The translations under genes were made by a program, and so were the position numbers. Positions 11,277 through 22,261 of a stretch of 38,865 nt of DNA are shown here, piece by piece. The stretch lies in contig JAXLNO010000068.1 in assembly GCA_038087875.1 (NCBI GenBank), positions 62,001 to 100,865 of the forward strand. The letters are read 5' to 3'. The notes below the pieces were generated by a model. The model was given only the letters and a program-made list of their open reading frames with translations. It made no database searches and was not told where the DNA came from. The stretch is from Malacoraja senta (lineage: Eukaryota). How positions within the stretch are numbered: position 1 is the stretch's first letter; each line of letters starts with the position of its first letter.

Positions 11277-12938
11277 CATAGAAACATATAAAATAGGTGC
11301 AGGAGCAGGCCATTCGGCCCTTCGAGCCTGCACCGCCATTCAATATGATCATGGCTGATCATCCAAATCAGTATCCTGTACCTGCCTTCTCTCCATAGCC
11401 CTTGATTCTTAAGCCACATGGGCCACATCTAACTCCCTCTTAAATATAGCCAATGAACTGGCCTCAATTACCTTCTGTGGCAGAAAATTCCACAGATTCA
11501 CCACTCTATGTGTGAAAAATGATTTTCTCATCTCGGTCCTAAAATACTTCCCTCTTATCCTTAAACTGTGACTCCTTGTTCTGGACTTCCCCATCATCGG
11601 GAACAATCTTCCTGCATCTAGCCTGTCCCACCACTTAAGAATCTTGTACGTTTCTATAAGATCCCCCCTCAATCTTGTAAATTCTAGCGAGTACAAGCCG
11701 AGTCTATCCAGTCTTTCTTCATATGAAAGTCCTGCCATCCCAGGAATCAGTCTGGTGAACCTTCTATGTACTCCCTCTATGGCAAGAATGTCTTTCCTAA
11801 GATTTGGTGAACAAAACTGTACGCAATACTCCAGGTGTGGCCTCACCAAGACCCTGTACAACTGCATTAGAACCCCGCTGCTCTTATGCTCAAATCCTTT
11901 TGCTATGAATGCTAACATACCCTTCGCTTTCTTCACTGCCTGCTGCACCTGCATGCCTACTTTCAATGACTGGTGCACAATGACACCCAGATCTCGTTGC
12001 ATCTCCCCTTTTCCTAATCGGCCACCATTCAGATAATAATCTACTTTCCTGTTTTTGCCACCAAAGTGGATAACCTCATATTTACCCACATTATACTGCA
12101 TTTGCCATGCATTTGCCCACTCACCCAACCTATCCAAGTCAGCTTGCAGCCTCCTAGCATCCTCGTCACAGCTAACACTGCCCCCCAGCTTCGTGTCATC
12201 CGCAAACTTGGAGATGTTGCATTCAATTCCCTCATCCAGATCATTTATATATATTGTAAATAGCTGGGGTCCCAGCACTGCGCCTTGCGGTACCCCACTA
12301 GTCACTGCCTGCCATTCTGAAAAGGACCCGTTTACTCCTACTCTTTGCTTCCTGTCTGCCAGACAGTTCTCTATCCACATCAATACTGAACCCCCAATAC
12401 CGTGTGCTTTAAGTTTGCATACTAATCTCTTATGTGGGACCTTGTCGAAAGCCTTCTGAAAGTCCAGATATAACACATCCACTGGTTCTCCCTTATCCAC
12501 TCTACTAGTTACATCCTCGAAAAATTCTAGAAGATTCGTCAGACATGATTTACCTTTCTTAAATCCATGCTGACTTTGTCCAATGATTTCACCACTTTCC
12601 AAATGAGCTGCTATCCCATCTTTAATAACTGACTCTAGCATTTCCCCCACTATCGATGTTAGACTAACTGGTCTGTAATTCCCCGTTTTCTCTCTCCCTC
12701 CCTTTTAAAAAGTGAGGTTACATTAGCTACCCTCCAATCCACAGGAACTACTCCAGAATCTGAAGAGTTCTGAAAAATTATCACTAATGCATCCACTATT
12801 TATGGGGATACTTCCTTAAGTACTCTGGGATGCAGCATGTCTGGTCCTGGGGATTTATCGGCCTTTAATCCATTCCATTTATCTAACACCACTTCCCGGC
12901 TAACCTGGATTTCACTCAGTTCCTCCATTTCATTTGAC
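11277..12938 (-). mobile_element. 5'-truncated CR1-clade LINE with nearly intact RT region and 3' tail
   Basis: ORF 11409-12650 has QHGF, YLDFQKAFDKVPH, SGVPQG, KFADD, RPHLEYC, RLRGDLIETYK; degenerate (tttctatg)-type tail; empty site in the paralog at ~9628. Confidence 0.95.
11409..12650 (-). CDS. CR1 LINE ORF2 reverse transcriptase (partial, 413 aa open frame)
   Basis: Uninterrupted RT core motifs plus the CR1 C-terminal region; lacks the endonuclease. Confidence 0.85.
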   Translation of the reverse strand: MGEMLESVIKDGIAAHLESGEIIGQSQHGFKKGKSCLTNLLEFFEDVTSRVDKGEPVDVLYLDFQKAFDKVPHKRLVCKLKAHGIGGSVLMWIENCLADRKQRVGVNGSFSEWQAVTSGVPQGAVLGPQLFTIYINDLDEGIECNISKFADDTKLGGSVSCDEDARRLQADLDRLGEWANAWQMQYNVGKYEVIHFGGKNRKVDYYLNGGRLGKGEMQRDLGVIVHQSLKVGMQVQQAVKKAKGMLAFIAKGFEHKSSGVLMQLYRVLVRPHLEYCVQFCSPNLRKDILAIEGVHRRFTRLIPGMAGLSYEERLDRLGLYSLEFTRLRGDLIETYKILKWWDRLDAGRLFPMMGKSRTRSHSLRIRGKYFRTEMRKSFFTHRVVNLWNFLPQKVIEASSLAIFKRELDVAHVA

Positions 12939-12944
12939 ATGATT

Positions 12945-13375
12945 ACATTACTCTTCATTTCCCTGTTGTTCAAAAAACAATTTCGCCCAGCTATATTTGT
13001 ACTTGATAAATGAGCGTCACTATTTTCTGGGTAGGAGGTACAGTGTATTCAGATATGTTTGTCAGGATCAATTCCATCTTATCTCAGTCACCCAATTCGT
13101 ATTCTGAAACATTTATCCTTACTAAATTATCCAGCAACCCTTTGTGTATCTCGGTGAATATCCATCCTGTCAAGGCCTCTCAGAAGCCGACATTTATTGT
13201 GTCAATAAAATGACTTGTCGTTGTTCCAAACTGCACAGAGTAGACGATCTGATAAACCGTTGGTCCTTTGACGGCCATTTTTTCCGGGGGATAAATCTCT
13301 ACTTCAGTCTCTGCACCGAGCTGAATACGCGTATCGTGCTCCTTGAAAGATATAACGTCAAAGCAGAACAATCTG
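12945..13375 (-). pseudogene. Module A copy, closely related to 9625-10062
   Basis: RRLFCFDVISFKEHDTRIQLGAETEVEIYPPEKMAVKGPTVYQIVYSVQFGTTTSHFIDTINVGF*EALTGW. Confidence 0.45.
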
Positions 13376-13377
13376 CG

Positions 13378-13690
13378 GCCAAGGGGAAAGGGGTAACTAC
13401 AGAGAGAGTGGGACCTCTCATGAATCAAAGTGGTCACCTCTGTGTGGAGCCACAGGAGATGGACATGATCCTCAATAAGTATCTCCCCTCTGTATTTTTC
13501 GAGGATAAAAGTCGGATGGAGGATCTTGGGACAATCAATGGGAGTTTCTTGAGAGCAGTCAGTGTTACCGTCGAAGAAGTATTGAAGGTACTATCGTGTA
13601 TCAAGGTAGACAATCTCCAGGGCCTGGGACATATCCGAGGACATTGTACGAAATTAGGGTGGGAATTGCGGGAGCCCTCGTTGAAATGTA
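13378..13690 (+). mobile_element. Degraded CR1-like ORF2 fragment (region upstream of RT)
   Basis: KGKGVTTERVGPL..GHLCVEPQEMDMILNKYLPSVF..EVLKVL. Confidence 0.7.
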
Positions 13691-13699
13691 CGTGGTCAA

Positions 13700-14325
13700 G
13701 ATGCGGAAGTATGCCATTCGGCCCTTCGAGCCAGCACCGCCATTCACTGTGATCATGGCTGATCATCCACAATCAGTACCCCGTTCCTGCCTTCTCCCTA
13801 TATCCCTTGAATCTGCTATCTTTAAGAGCTCTATCTAACTCTTTCTTGAAACCATCCAAAGAATAGGCCCCCACTGCCTTCTGAGGCAGACAATTCCACA
13901 GATTCGCAACACTCTGGGTGAGAAAGTGTTTCCTCATCTCCGTTCTAAATGGCTTACCCATTATTCTTAAACTGTGGCCCCTGGTTCTGGACTCCTCCAA
14001 CATCGGGAACACGTTTCCTGCCTCTAGCGTGTTGAATCCCTTAATAATCTTATACGTTTCAATAGGATCCCCTCTCATCCTTCTAAATTCCAGTGTATAC
14101 AAACCCAGTCGCTCCATTTGTTCGACATACGACAGGCCCGCCACCCCGGGAATTAACCGTGTAAACCATGGGAACAACGTCCTTTCTCAAAATCGGAGAC
14201 CAAAACTGCACACAATTCTCCTGGTGTGGTCTCTCCAGGGCCCTGTCCAACTGTAGAAGGACCTCTTTGCTCCTATACTCAACTCCTGTGGTTATGAAGG
14301 CCAACATGCCATTAGCTTTTGCGAC
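13700..14325 (-). mobile_element. CR1 LINE 3' fragment
   Basis: [37 protein letters not shown] plus family 3' UTR. Confidence 0.9.
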
Positions 14326-14333
14326 AATATCCA

Positions 14334-14548
14334 TGTAATTTATGCGTATGAGTTGTACTCATTCTCGCACATGCTCAGACTTGCGCATATAATTATGTAA
14401 ATCAGTCAGTGACCTTTAACTTGGAAATAAATCATTCTTGCTTTTGATTCCTACACGAGTGTGTGTGGAGCCATCTTTCTCCGTCTAATAAGTGCTAGTT
14501 TTACCTACATCATAAGCAGACACATATCAAAACATGGTGGCATCGGTG
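14334..14548 (+). mobile_element. Gypsy-type 5' LTR (14334-14534) with primer-binding site (14535-14548)
   Basis: TGT...AACA termini, AATAAA at 14426-14431, followed immediately by TGGTGGCATCGGTG; gag-like fragment downstream. Confidence 0.6.
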
Positions 14549-14902
14549 AAAGTGAAGATTTGTGGAGAAAATGGACGCTATGATGATTAGCAAAAATGCT
14601 TTGAAAAGCTTTCAGGCATCAGTGTTTCAATGCTCAGCGACCGACTAGCTGCATGCATGAGTGGAATAATATGTAGGCCAGTGAGCACACAAAGATAAGA
14701 CGCAGTGTGTAAATCAGTGCTGTGGGAGACTGCTTAAACATAGCACACGCTGCATGGAAACAGATACAAACAAGTTCTGTTGCAATATATTTTGTATATT
14801 AGTAGAAGATATTAGAGAATATTACGCAAATTGCGCAGTCGTGCGTTGCGCTTAAAGCTAAACGATACGTAAGCGATTATGAGCGACGGGATACTATGAT
14901 AT

Positions 14903-15695
14903 TTGAATTGAATAGAATTGAATTTCCTTTATTGTCATTCAAACAATAGTTTGAACGAAATTGCGTACCTTGCAGTCATGACAGAGAAAAAGCAACAAAA
15001 CACACATTGAACACAATTTAACACAAACATCCATCAGAGTGAATCTCCAGGCACCTCCTCACTGTGATGGAAGACATAAGGTCCTATCTCTTCCTTGCTT
15101 GTTCTCCCGCTGCGTCGAAGCGATCGAGGCTCTCGATGTTAAAGCCCCCGCCGGGTGATGGGTAAATCCCGCGGCCGATTCCATGCTCCCCGAACGGGCC
15201 GAGTCAAACTCCGCGATCCGGGGCGGACGAAGCCGCCACCCTCCAGTCCAGCTGTTGCGGGAGCTCCCGAAAATCAGTCACCAAGCAGGGCCCTGCGAGC
15301 TCCCGATGTTACCGTCCACAGGGCCCGCGGCCGAAGCCCGCGAAGCCCCGAAGTCGGGTCGCAGCCACAGCGCCACCACAGCCTCCGAAGTCAGCCAGCT
15401 CCGCGATGGGAAGTCCACAGGCTCTGCCACCGGAGCCCCCAAAGTCGATTCCAGTTTGAGGCCGCCAGCTCCACGATATTAGGCCTCAGTACAGACGCAG
15501 ACGGAGATATGACAAGGTAAAGGTCGCATCCCCGTTGAAGGAAGACATTTAAAAAAATCTTTCCCCCACTCCCCACATATACACAACTAAACATAAACTA
15601 AAACATACGTCTAATAAGACAAAATAAAACAAATAAAGACAAAGACAGGCGACTGCAGGCGAGCCGCAGCTACATCCGGATGGAAGTGGCGGCGC
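14903..15695 (-). mobile_element. GC-rich non-autonomous retroelement (SINE-like) with (aattc)n tail
   Basis: Both ends are homologous to 21283-22261 in reverse orientation; the terminal ~20 nt (15675-15695) are inverted. Confidence 0.7.
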
Positions 15696-15715
15696 AGGCC
15701 AGTTCATCTTTCCAC

Positions 15716-15800
15716 GTAGCTCCACCACCCAACCTAAAGCTCAAAGAGAAGCGGGTGGAAGAGTGGAAAATGTTTAAACAAATGTACGAAAATTATCATT
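15716..15800 (+). pseudogene. Gypsy gag N-terminal fragment
   Basis: Translates VAPPPNLKLKEKRVEEWKMFKQMYENY, resembling the PP..L......WK.FKQ...NY start of Gypsy Gag. Confidence 0.55.
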
Positions 15801-15809
15801 ACATGACTA

Positions 15810-17250
15810 CTGCCCCATAGAGTATCTCCCTATCAGTACTACAACACAGTGTGTTATTACATCAGTACTACTCCACACTGTCACTCCGTCAGTACAACCC
15901 CACAGTGTGTCATTCCATCAGAACTACCCCACAGCGTGACACTTCATCAGTAGTATTACACAGTGTCATTTCATCAGTACTACTGCACAGTGTGTCACGC
16001 CATCAGTACTACTGCACAGTGAGTCTCTCCATCACTACGTCCACACCGTGTTTAACGCCATCAGTACTGCCCCATCGTGTGTCACTCCATCAGTACTATC
16101 CCACAGTGTATCACGCCAATCGTACTACCCTATATATTGTCATTCCAGCCTTACTACCCCAAAGTGTGTCTCTCCATCAGTACTACTCCACCTTGTGTCC
16201 ATAACATCAGTACTACCCCACAGTGTGTCTCTCCATCAGTACTACCCCAATGTATGGCCATAATATTAATGTTATCCCACAGTGTGTCTCTCCATCAGTA
16301 CTACCCCACAGTGTGTCTCTCCATCAGTACTACCCCACAGTGATTCACTCCATCAGTACTATCCCACAGTATTTCACTTCTTCAGAAACACCCACAGTGT
16401 GTCATTCATCAGTACTAACCCGCAGTACGTCAGTCCATCAGTAATACACCACAGTGCGTCATTCCATCAGTACTATCACACAGTGCGTCACTCCATTAGT
16501 ATAGCACCACAGTGTGCCAGTCCATCAGTAACATACAACAGTGGGCCAATCCATCAGTACTATTCCATAGTGTGTATCCCATCAATGTCACCCCGTTGGG
16601 CGCCACTCCACCAGTACTACACCACAGTGTGTCAATGCAGCTTAACTATCCCCACAGTGTCAATCCAGCTTAACTATCCCCACAGTGTCAATGCAGCTTA
16701 ACTATCCCCACAGTGTCAATGCAGCTTAACTATCCCCACACTGTCAATGCAGCTTAACTATCCCCACAGTGTCAATGCAGCTTAACTATCCCCACACTGC
16801 CAATCCAGTTTAACTATCCCCACAGTGTCAATGCAGCTTAACTATCTCCACAGTGTCAATGCAGCTTAACTATCCCCACAGTGTCAATGCAGCTTAACTA
16901 TCTCCACAGTGTCAATGCAGCTTAACTATCCCCACAGTGTCAATGCAGCTTAACTATCCCCACAGTGTCAATGCAGCTTAACTATCTCCACAGTGTCAAT
17001 GCAGCTTAACTATCTCCACAGTGTGTCAATCCAGCTTAACTATCCCCACAGTGTCAATGCAGTTTAACTATCCCCACACTGCCAATCCAGTTTAACTATC
17101 ACCCCATCAGTACTACACAATGTGACATTCCATCTGTCACTCCATCAGTATGGCCCCACTGTGTGTGTCACGCTTTCAGTCTCCCCCACTGTGTGTCACT
17201 CCATCAATAATTTCCAACAGCGTGTCACTCCATTAGTGCTTTCCCCAAAC
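15810..17250 (+). repeat. Degenerate ~29-bp satellite with an embedded homogeneous 28-bp array (16629-17100, ~17 copies)
   Basis: Outer unit ccatcagtactaccccacagtgtgtctct; inner unit gtgtcaatgcagcttaactatccccaca. Confidence 0.93.
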
Positions 17251-17359
17251 CGCGTCATTGCATATTCCACACAAACGCACACTCACAAGCACTCACAATC
17301 TCACACACTCACACAATTAACACAATTACCCACCCTTACGCACGGCAATGCACTCTTAC

Positions 17360-17760
17360 ACATAACCATATAACAACCATATAACCATATAGCAATTACA
17401 GCACGGAAACAGGCCATCTCGGCCCTTCAAGTCCGTGCCAAACACTTATTTTCCCTTAGTCCCATCTACCTGCACTCAGACCATAACCCTTCAATCCTTT
17501 CCCGTCCATATACCTATCCAAATTATTTTTAAATGATAAAATCGAACCTGCCTCCACCACTTCCACTGGAAGCTCATTCCACACAGCTACCACTCTCTGT
17601 GAAGAAGTACCCCCTCATATTACCCCTAAACTTATATCCCTTAATTCTCAAGTCATGTCCTCTTGTTTGAATCTTCGCTACTCTCAATGGGAAAAGCTTA
17701 TCCGCGTTTCTCTGTCTATCCCTCTCATAATTTTAAAGACCTCAATCAAGTCCCCCTTGA
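17360..17760 (-). mobile_element. CR1-like LINE 3' fragment with (ataaccat)-type tail
   Basis: Reverse strand resembles the GDLIEVFKI end of ORF2 followed by a 3' UTR and short tandem tail. Confidence 0.7.
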
Positions 17761-17924
17761 CCTACATACATAAACATCACTCATAAAACGCTATAGAGAC
17801 GAGGAAGCAGTTGTAGAGGGCAGAGCACATTCCTAGGTCCTGGAGTTCGGAGATAGCAACCAGCCCTCTCCCTCCCCTCCCAACCCCGACTGTGGACACA
17901 GCTACACACGGCCACACACACAAT

Positions 17925-19690
17925 GCCAAGCTCAAGCCTGTTCAGACATTTAATATCATAATTATCAATCTTATCCTGGTCTCAAGTTATTTCCCATACC
18001 TGGTCACATTGGTCTTCAGTTCCCTATTGGCCACAAGAAGCTTCGCTCCAATCCGGTTTGTATTTAATAAATGGGCACCACTGTTGTTCTGAGGTAGAGT
18101 GTACTCGAGATTCAGATATATCCGAGAGAGTAAATTACATCACATCTCAGTCACTCCAAAGTGAATTCATATTCTGATCATCTGATCCTAACGTAACCAT
18201 CCATATACCCGTTGTTTAATGCTCTGAGGCTCCATCCTTTCAGGGCCTCGCAAACTCCCACATACCGGCGTCAATTACTGACTTGTTGTACCAACTGCAC
18301 AGAGTAGAGGATCTGGTCAATTATTGGTCGTTTCACAGCCACTTGATGCGAGGGATAAATCTCCACTTCTGACTCTACACCGCTTTAAAGGGAAGCATCA
18401 CCTTATTTAAAAGAGAGAGGGCTAAGGCATCATACTCTATGGACCAAGTGCTAGAAAATGCGACCCAGTTGTTGGATAGCATTAACACAGCACGACTGCA
18501 CTACTCTTTCCTTGTGTGACCGAGCTGCAGGGAGAGGTGAGGAATTTATTCCCTGGAGCGAAGGAGACTGAGGGGTGATGATATGAAGGTGTATAAAATC
18601 ATGAGTGGAATAGATAGGCTGAATGCAGTCCATTTTCCCCAGGATTGAGAATCAAAAGGCAGATCTCATAGGTTTAATGTGAGAACAGCAAGATTTACAA
18701 GGAACCTGAAGGGAAGACTTGACACAAATAGAGAATGTTGGGTACATGGTTTGAACATTGATAAGATCATTCACTTCTGACATCACATATGTTTTCTGCC
18801 TGGACGGATGTTATCTGAGTCTTCTGACTATACTATGTTTTCCTGCTGTATTGCAGATGCACGGTGATTAATACGGTCCACGATAAGGTATCAGGCGTTT
18901 TACTGGGTTCTTCCTCCTGTCCCCACTTCGCACCTTGTCTTCGCATTTGTTCACCCCCATCCAACACCTTCTCTTGTATATCAATACTGTATGTGTTACA
19001 TGGACAATCATAGTAGCCATCATGGTACGAGTATCCCTCTCTGGTCATAGTTGGTACTTATGTCAGATCATTAGTTTAGCTGAGGTTAGGCTTGGTTATT
19101 ATTGTCAGATATTTCGAGGTACAGTGAAAAGCGTGGCATTGCACGCTATCCATTCAGTTCAGATATGCCATATACAGATGCATAGAAACATAGAAAATAG
19201 GTGCAGGAGTAGGCCATTCGGCCCTTCGAGCCAGCACTACCATTCAAGATGATCATGGCTGATCATCCAAAATCAGTTACCCGTTCCGCCTTTTCCACAT
19301 ATCCCTTGATTCCCTCAGCCGTAAGAGCTAAATCTAATTCTCTCTTAAACTACAACCAGTTAAAGCCCTGCAGATGGAGCGAGGAGGAAGATACAGAATG
19401 TCGAATATATTTAATTACAGAAGATCATGCTGAATATTGTTGGTTATTTCCATCAACCCCTGAATTGTCCGTGTATTTGTGAGAATGAACAAAATTTGCT
19501 CAAGCCACTTTGCATCAATCCGTTCTCCGTAGAACTGGACAAGTGCAGTTGGATAATTTGAGTTTTGTAAAATCACAAAGCAACACATTTTTTGCAAAAA
19601 TATTATTTAAGTTTGCAGAAGGTCTCGTCTGGAGCAGTGGATGATGCAATGAGACATCGCCCTGGGATCGCGATGTTGTAAACAATTAAG
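17925..19690 (-). pseudogene. Repeat unit II of candidate M-like endogenous element (D 19690-19415, C 19070-18745, B remnant ~18525-18490, A 18440-17925)
   Basis: D: NSNYPTALVQFYGERIDAKWLEQILFILTNTRTIQGLMEITNNIQHD; C: RTMMATMIVHVTHTVLIYKR..NKCEDKV; A: GVESEVEIYPSHQVAVKRPIIDQILYSVQ; same intervening old TE fragments as the other units. Confidence 0.45.
19180..19350 (-). mobile_element. Short CR1 3' end
   Basis: catagaaacatagaaaataggtgcaggagtaggccattcggcccttcgagcc family tail. Confidence 0.85.
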
Positions 19691-20189
19691 AGGAGAGGTG
19701 TTCAAATATCAGCTTCAGTTTTAAGTTTATTGTTGCATGTCCCGAGCTAAAGTAAAAAGCTTTGTTTTGCGTGCAATCCAGACACACTAGATATACCATA
19801 TATATACAGTAATAGTTACAACTCGAGCAGGGGGTATACGGTTTTACACAGAGAATGAGTTGACATATGAGGTAGTTGCGGCATATATTAGGGCATCTTT
19901 CAAAGACAGCTGGACTGCTGCATGAATAGGAATGATTTAGAGTGATGTGGGCGAGATGCGGGAAGGGGTGACTAGTGTAGATGGGCACATTGGTCGGCAT
20001 GTGCAAGCTGGGTAGAAAATCCCATTACCATGTTGTTGGATTCGATAATTCTATGAAAATAGATAGAGCAACGTGGAAGATGCAAAACATAGTTGGCAGC
20101 ATTGGTGTGTATTTTCCTGCATCAGTTACTTAGACAATTTTAAATATCCGCAATGCGGTAGAAGCGAATTGAGCAGTACCCTAGTCTAC

Positions 20190-20617
20190 GGGCATGCATA
20201 CTCTGGAATTTAGAAGCGTGAGAGGGCATCTTATTGAAACATATAAGACGATTAAGGGTTTGGACACGAGAGAGGCAGGAAACGTGTTCCCGATGTTGGG
20301 GGACGCCTGAACCAGGGGCCATAGTTTAAGAATAAGTGGTAAGGAATTTAGATGGGAGATGAGGAAACATTTTTTTCACTCAGAGTATTGCGAGCCTGTG
20401 GAATTCTCTGCCTCAGAGGGCGGTGGAGGCCGGTTCCCTGGATACTTTCAAGTAAGAACTTAATAAGGCAATGAAAGATAGCGGAATCAGGGGATATGGG
20501 AAGAAGGCCGGAACGGGACACTGATTGTGGATGATCAGCCATGATCACATTGACTGGCGGTGCTGGCTCGAAGGGCCGAATGGATTACTCCTGCACCTAT
20601 TGTCTATTGTCTATTGT
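20190..20617 (+). mobile_element. CR1 LINE 3' fragment
   Basis: End of ORF2 and 3' UTR ending in (tattgtc)n. Confidence 0.88.
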
Positions 20618-21282
20618 ACCTTTTGATATAAATTTCGGCCAGTACTCGATGTAAAGGACATATAGTAGCGGACTGAAAATGATTTATTTTAGGGTCCGGT
20701 GTTACTTTGGATGAGGTGTCACCTAACCTCACTGACTGAGGATCGTTGGTGCTAAAATCGAGCATTCAGCGGTAGAGGCGGAGAAGATACCTCGGTCCCG
20801 GCGTTTGGAGATAATAGCCACTCCATCCCCTATCACATACAGGTACACACTGCTGAACGCATCATTTACAGCGCGAGGCTGTTCCTATTTTCCACATTAA
20901 ACAGGATCTGACGCAGGACTCATATTAAGCCACAGCTGGTCACCTTAGCCGTCATTACACCATTGTCTACAAACACACGTGCTCCAGCCCTATTTGAACG
21001 GAATGAGTTATCATCACTAATGTTTGGGCAACATGGTACGGGAGGTTCAGATATATTTGCGAGCATAAATTGCTTCTCATCTCAATTCACTCCATGGTAA
21101 ACACCTACTTTGAAACTTGTATCCTCACGTCATCACCCATCTAGCGATTGTGTAATGCTTTCAATATCTATCCTGTCAGCCCTCGCAGAATCCGACATTT
21201 ACAGTGTTAATATATTCACTTGTCGTTCTTCCAAACTGCACAGCGTAGATGATCTGATCAATTGTTGCTCCTTTGGCAGTCC

Positions 21283-22261
21283 TTCCGGAAGTGGCGGCGC
21301 TGTCGTACAGCAGCGGCTCGCCTGCAGTCCGTCTGTTTTTACTTTTTTTGTTGTTTTCTTTTGTCCTGTTTTAGTTAAAATTTAGTTTATTGGGTTGTGT
21401 ATGTGTGGGGTGGGGGGTGAAACATGATTTTTGTCTCTTCCTTCGGGGGAATGCGACTTTTTCTTGTCGTATTCCCCTTCTCTGCCTCCGTCTGCGCTGA
21501 GGCCAAAATGGCGGAGCTGCCGGCCTCCAACTCCAACTGCGAGCGACCGACCGACCTCGAGGCTCCGGAGGCAGAGCCAGGACTTACCGGCGCGGGGCTG
21601 GCCAACTTCGGGGCTGCGGTGGCGTTCCGGCGGTGGCGACCGAGGACACTGGTGGCGACCTGAATCCGGAAGCTCGGCCGCAGCTGGCCCAGTGGACGAC
21701 ATCTTCGGGAGCGCGAGGCTGGCCAACTTCGGGGCTGCGGTGGCGTTCCGGCAGTGGCGACCGAGGACACTGGTGGCGACCTGAATCCGGAGGCTCGGCC
21801 GCGGCTGGCCCAGTGGACGACATCGTCGGGAGCGCGCAGGTCACAGGTTGGTGACCTGTTTTTCTGGGGCTCCCGCAACTACAGCTGCGTCCGCTGGACT
21901 GGAGGGCGGCAGCTTCGGCAGCTTCGACCACCCCGGGCCGCGGAGTTTGAGCCGGCCCGTCGCGGAGCACGGATTCGGCCGCGGGACTGGCTTACCGTCG
22001 CCCGGCGGGGCCACAGCATCAGAAGCCTGGATCGCCTCAGCGCAGAGGGAGAACAAAGCGGGAAGAGACAGAGACTTTAAGACTTTTGCCTCCATCACAG
22101 TGAGGAGGTGCCTGGTGAACTCACTGTGGTGGATGTTAATTTGTGTTTATTGTGTGTTTTGTCATTTATTATTATATGTATGACTGCAGGCAACGAAATT
22201 TCGTTCAGACCGAAAGGTCTGAATGACAAATAAAGGAATCTCTAATCTCTCTAATCTCTAA
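21283..22261 (+). mobile_element. Apparently full-length GC-rich non-autonomous retroelement splitting module A, with internal 121-bp tandem duplication (21590-21710, 21711-21831)
   Basis: Starts ttccggaagtggcggcgc; ends aataaagg plus (aatctct)n; degenerate TSD agtcc/agttcc. Confidence 0.75.

Noticed and set aside
10708..17100. CRISPR-like appearance of the 40-bp and 28/29-bp arrays
   Set aside because: Units are head-to-tail without unique spacers, there are no cas genes, and the context is eukaryotic
15851..17373. Repetitive ORFs (LHQYY / SISTTP repeats)
   Set aside because: Translations of a satellite whose period is not a multiple of three
19415..19597. Module D as a SEA domain or paramyxovirus nucleoprotein F-x4-Y motif
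   Set aside because: Spacing is wrong and there is no SYAMG; the matches are isolated rather than colinear
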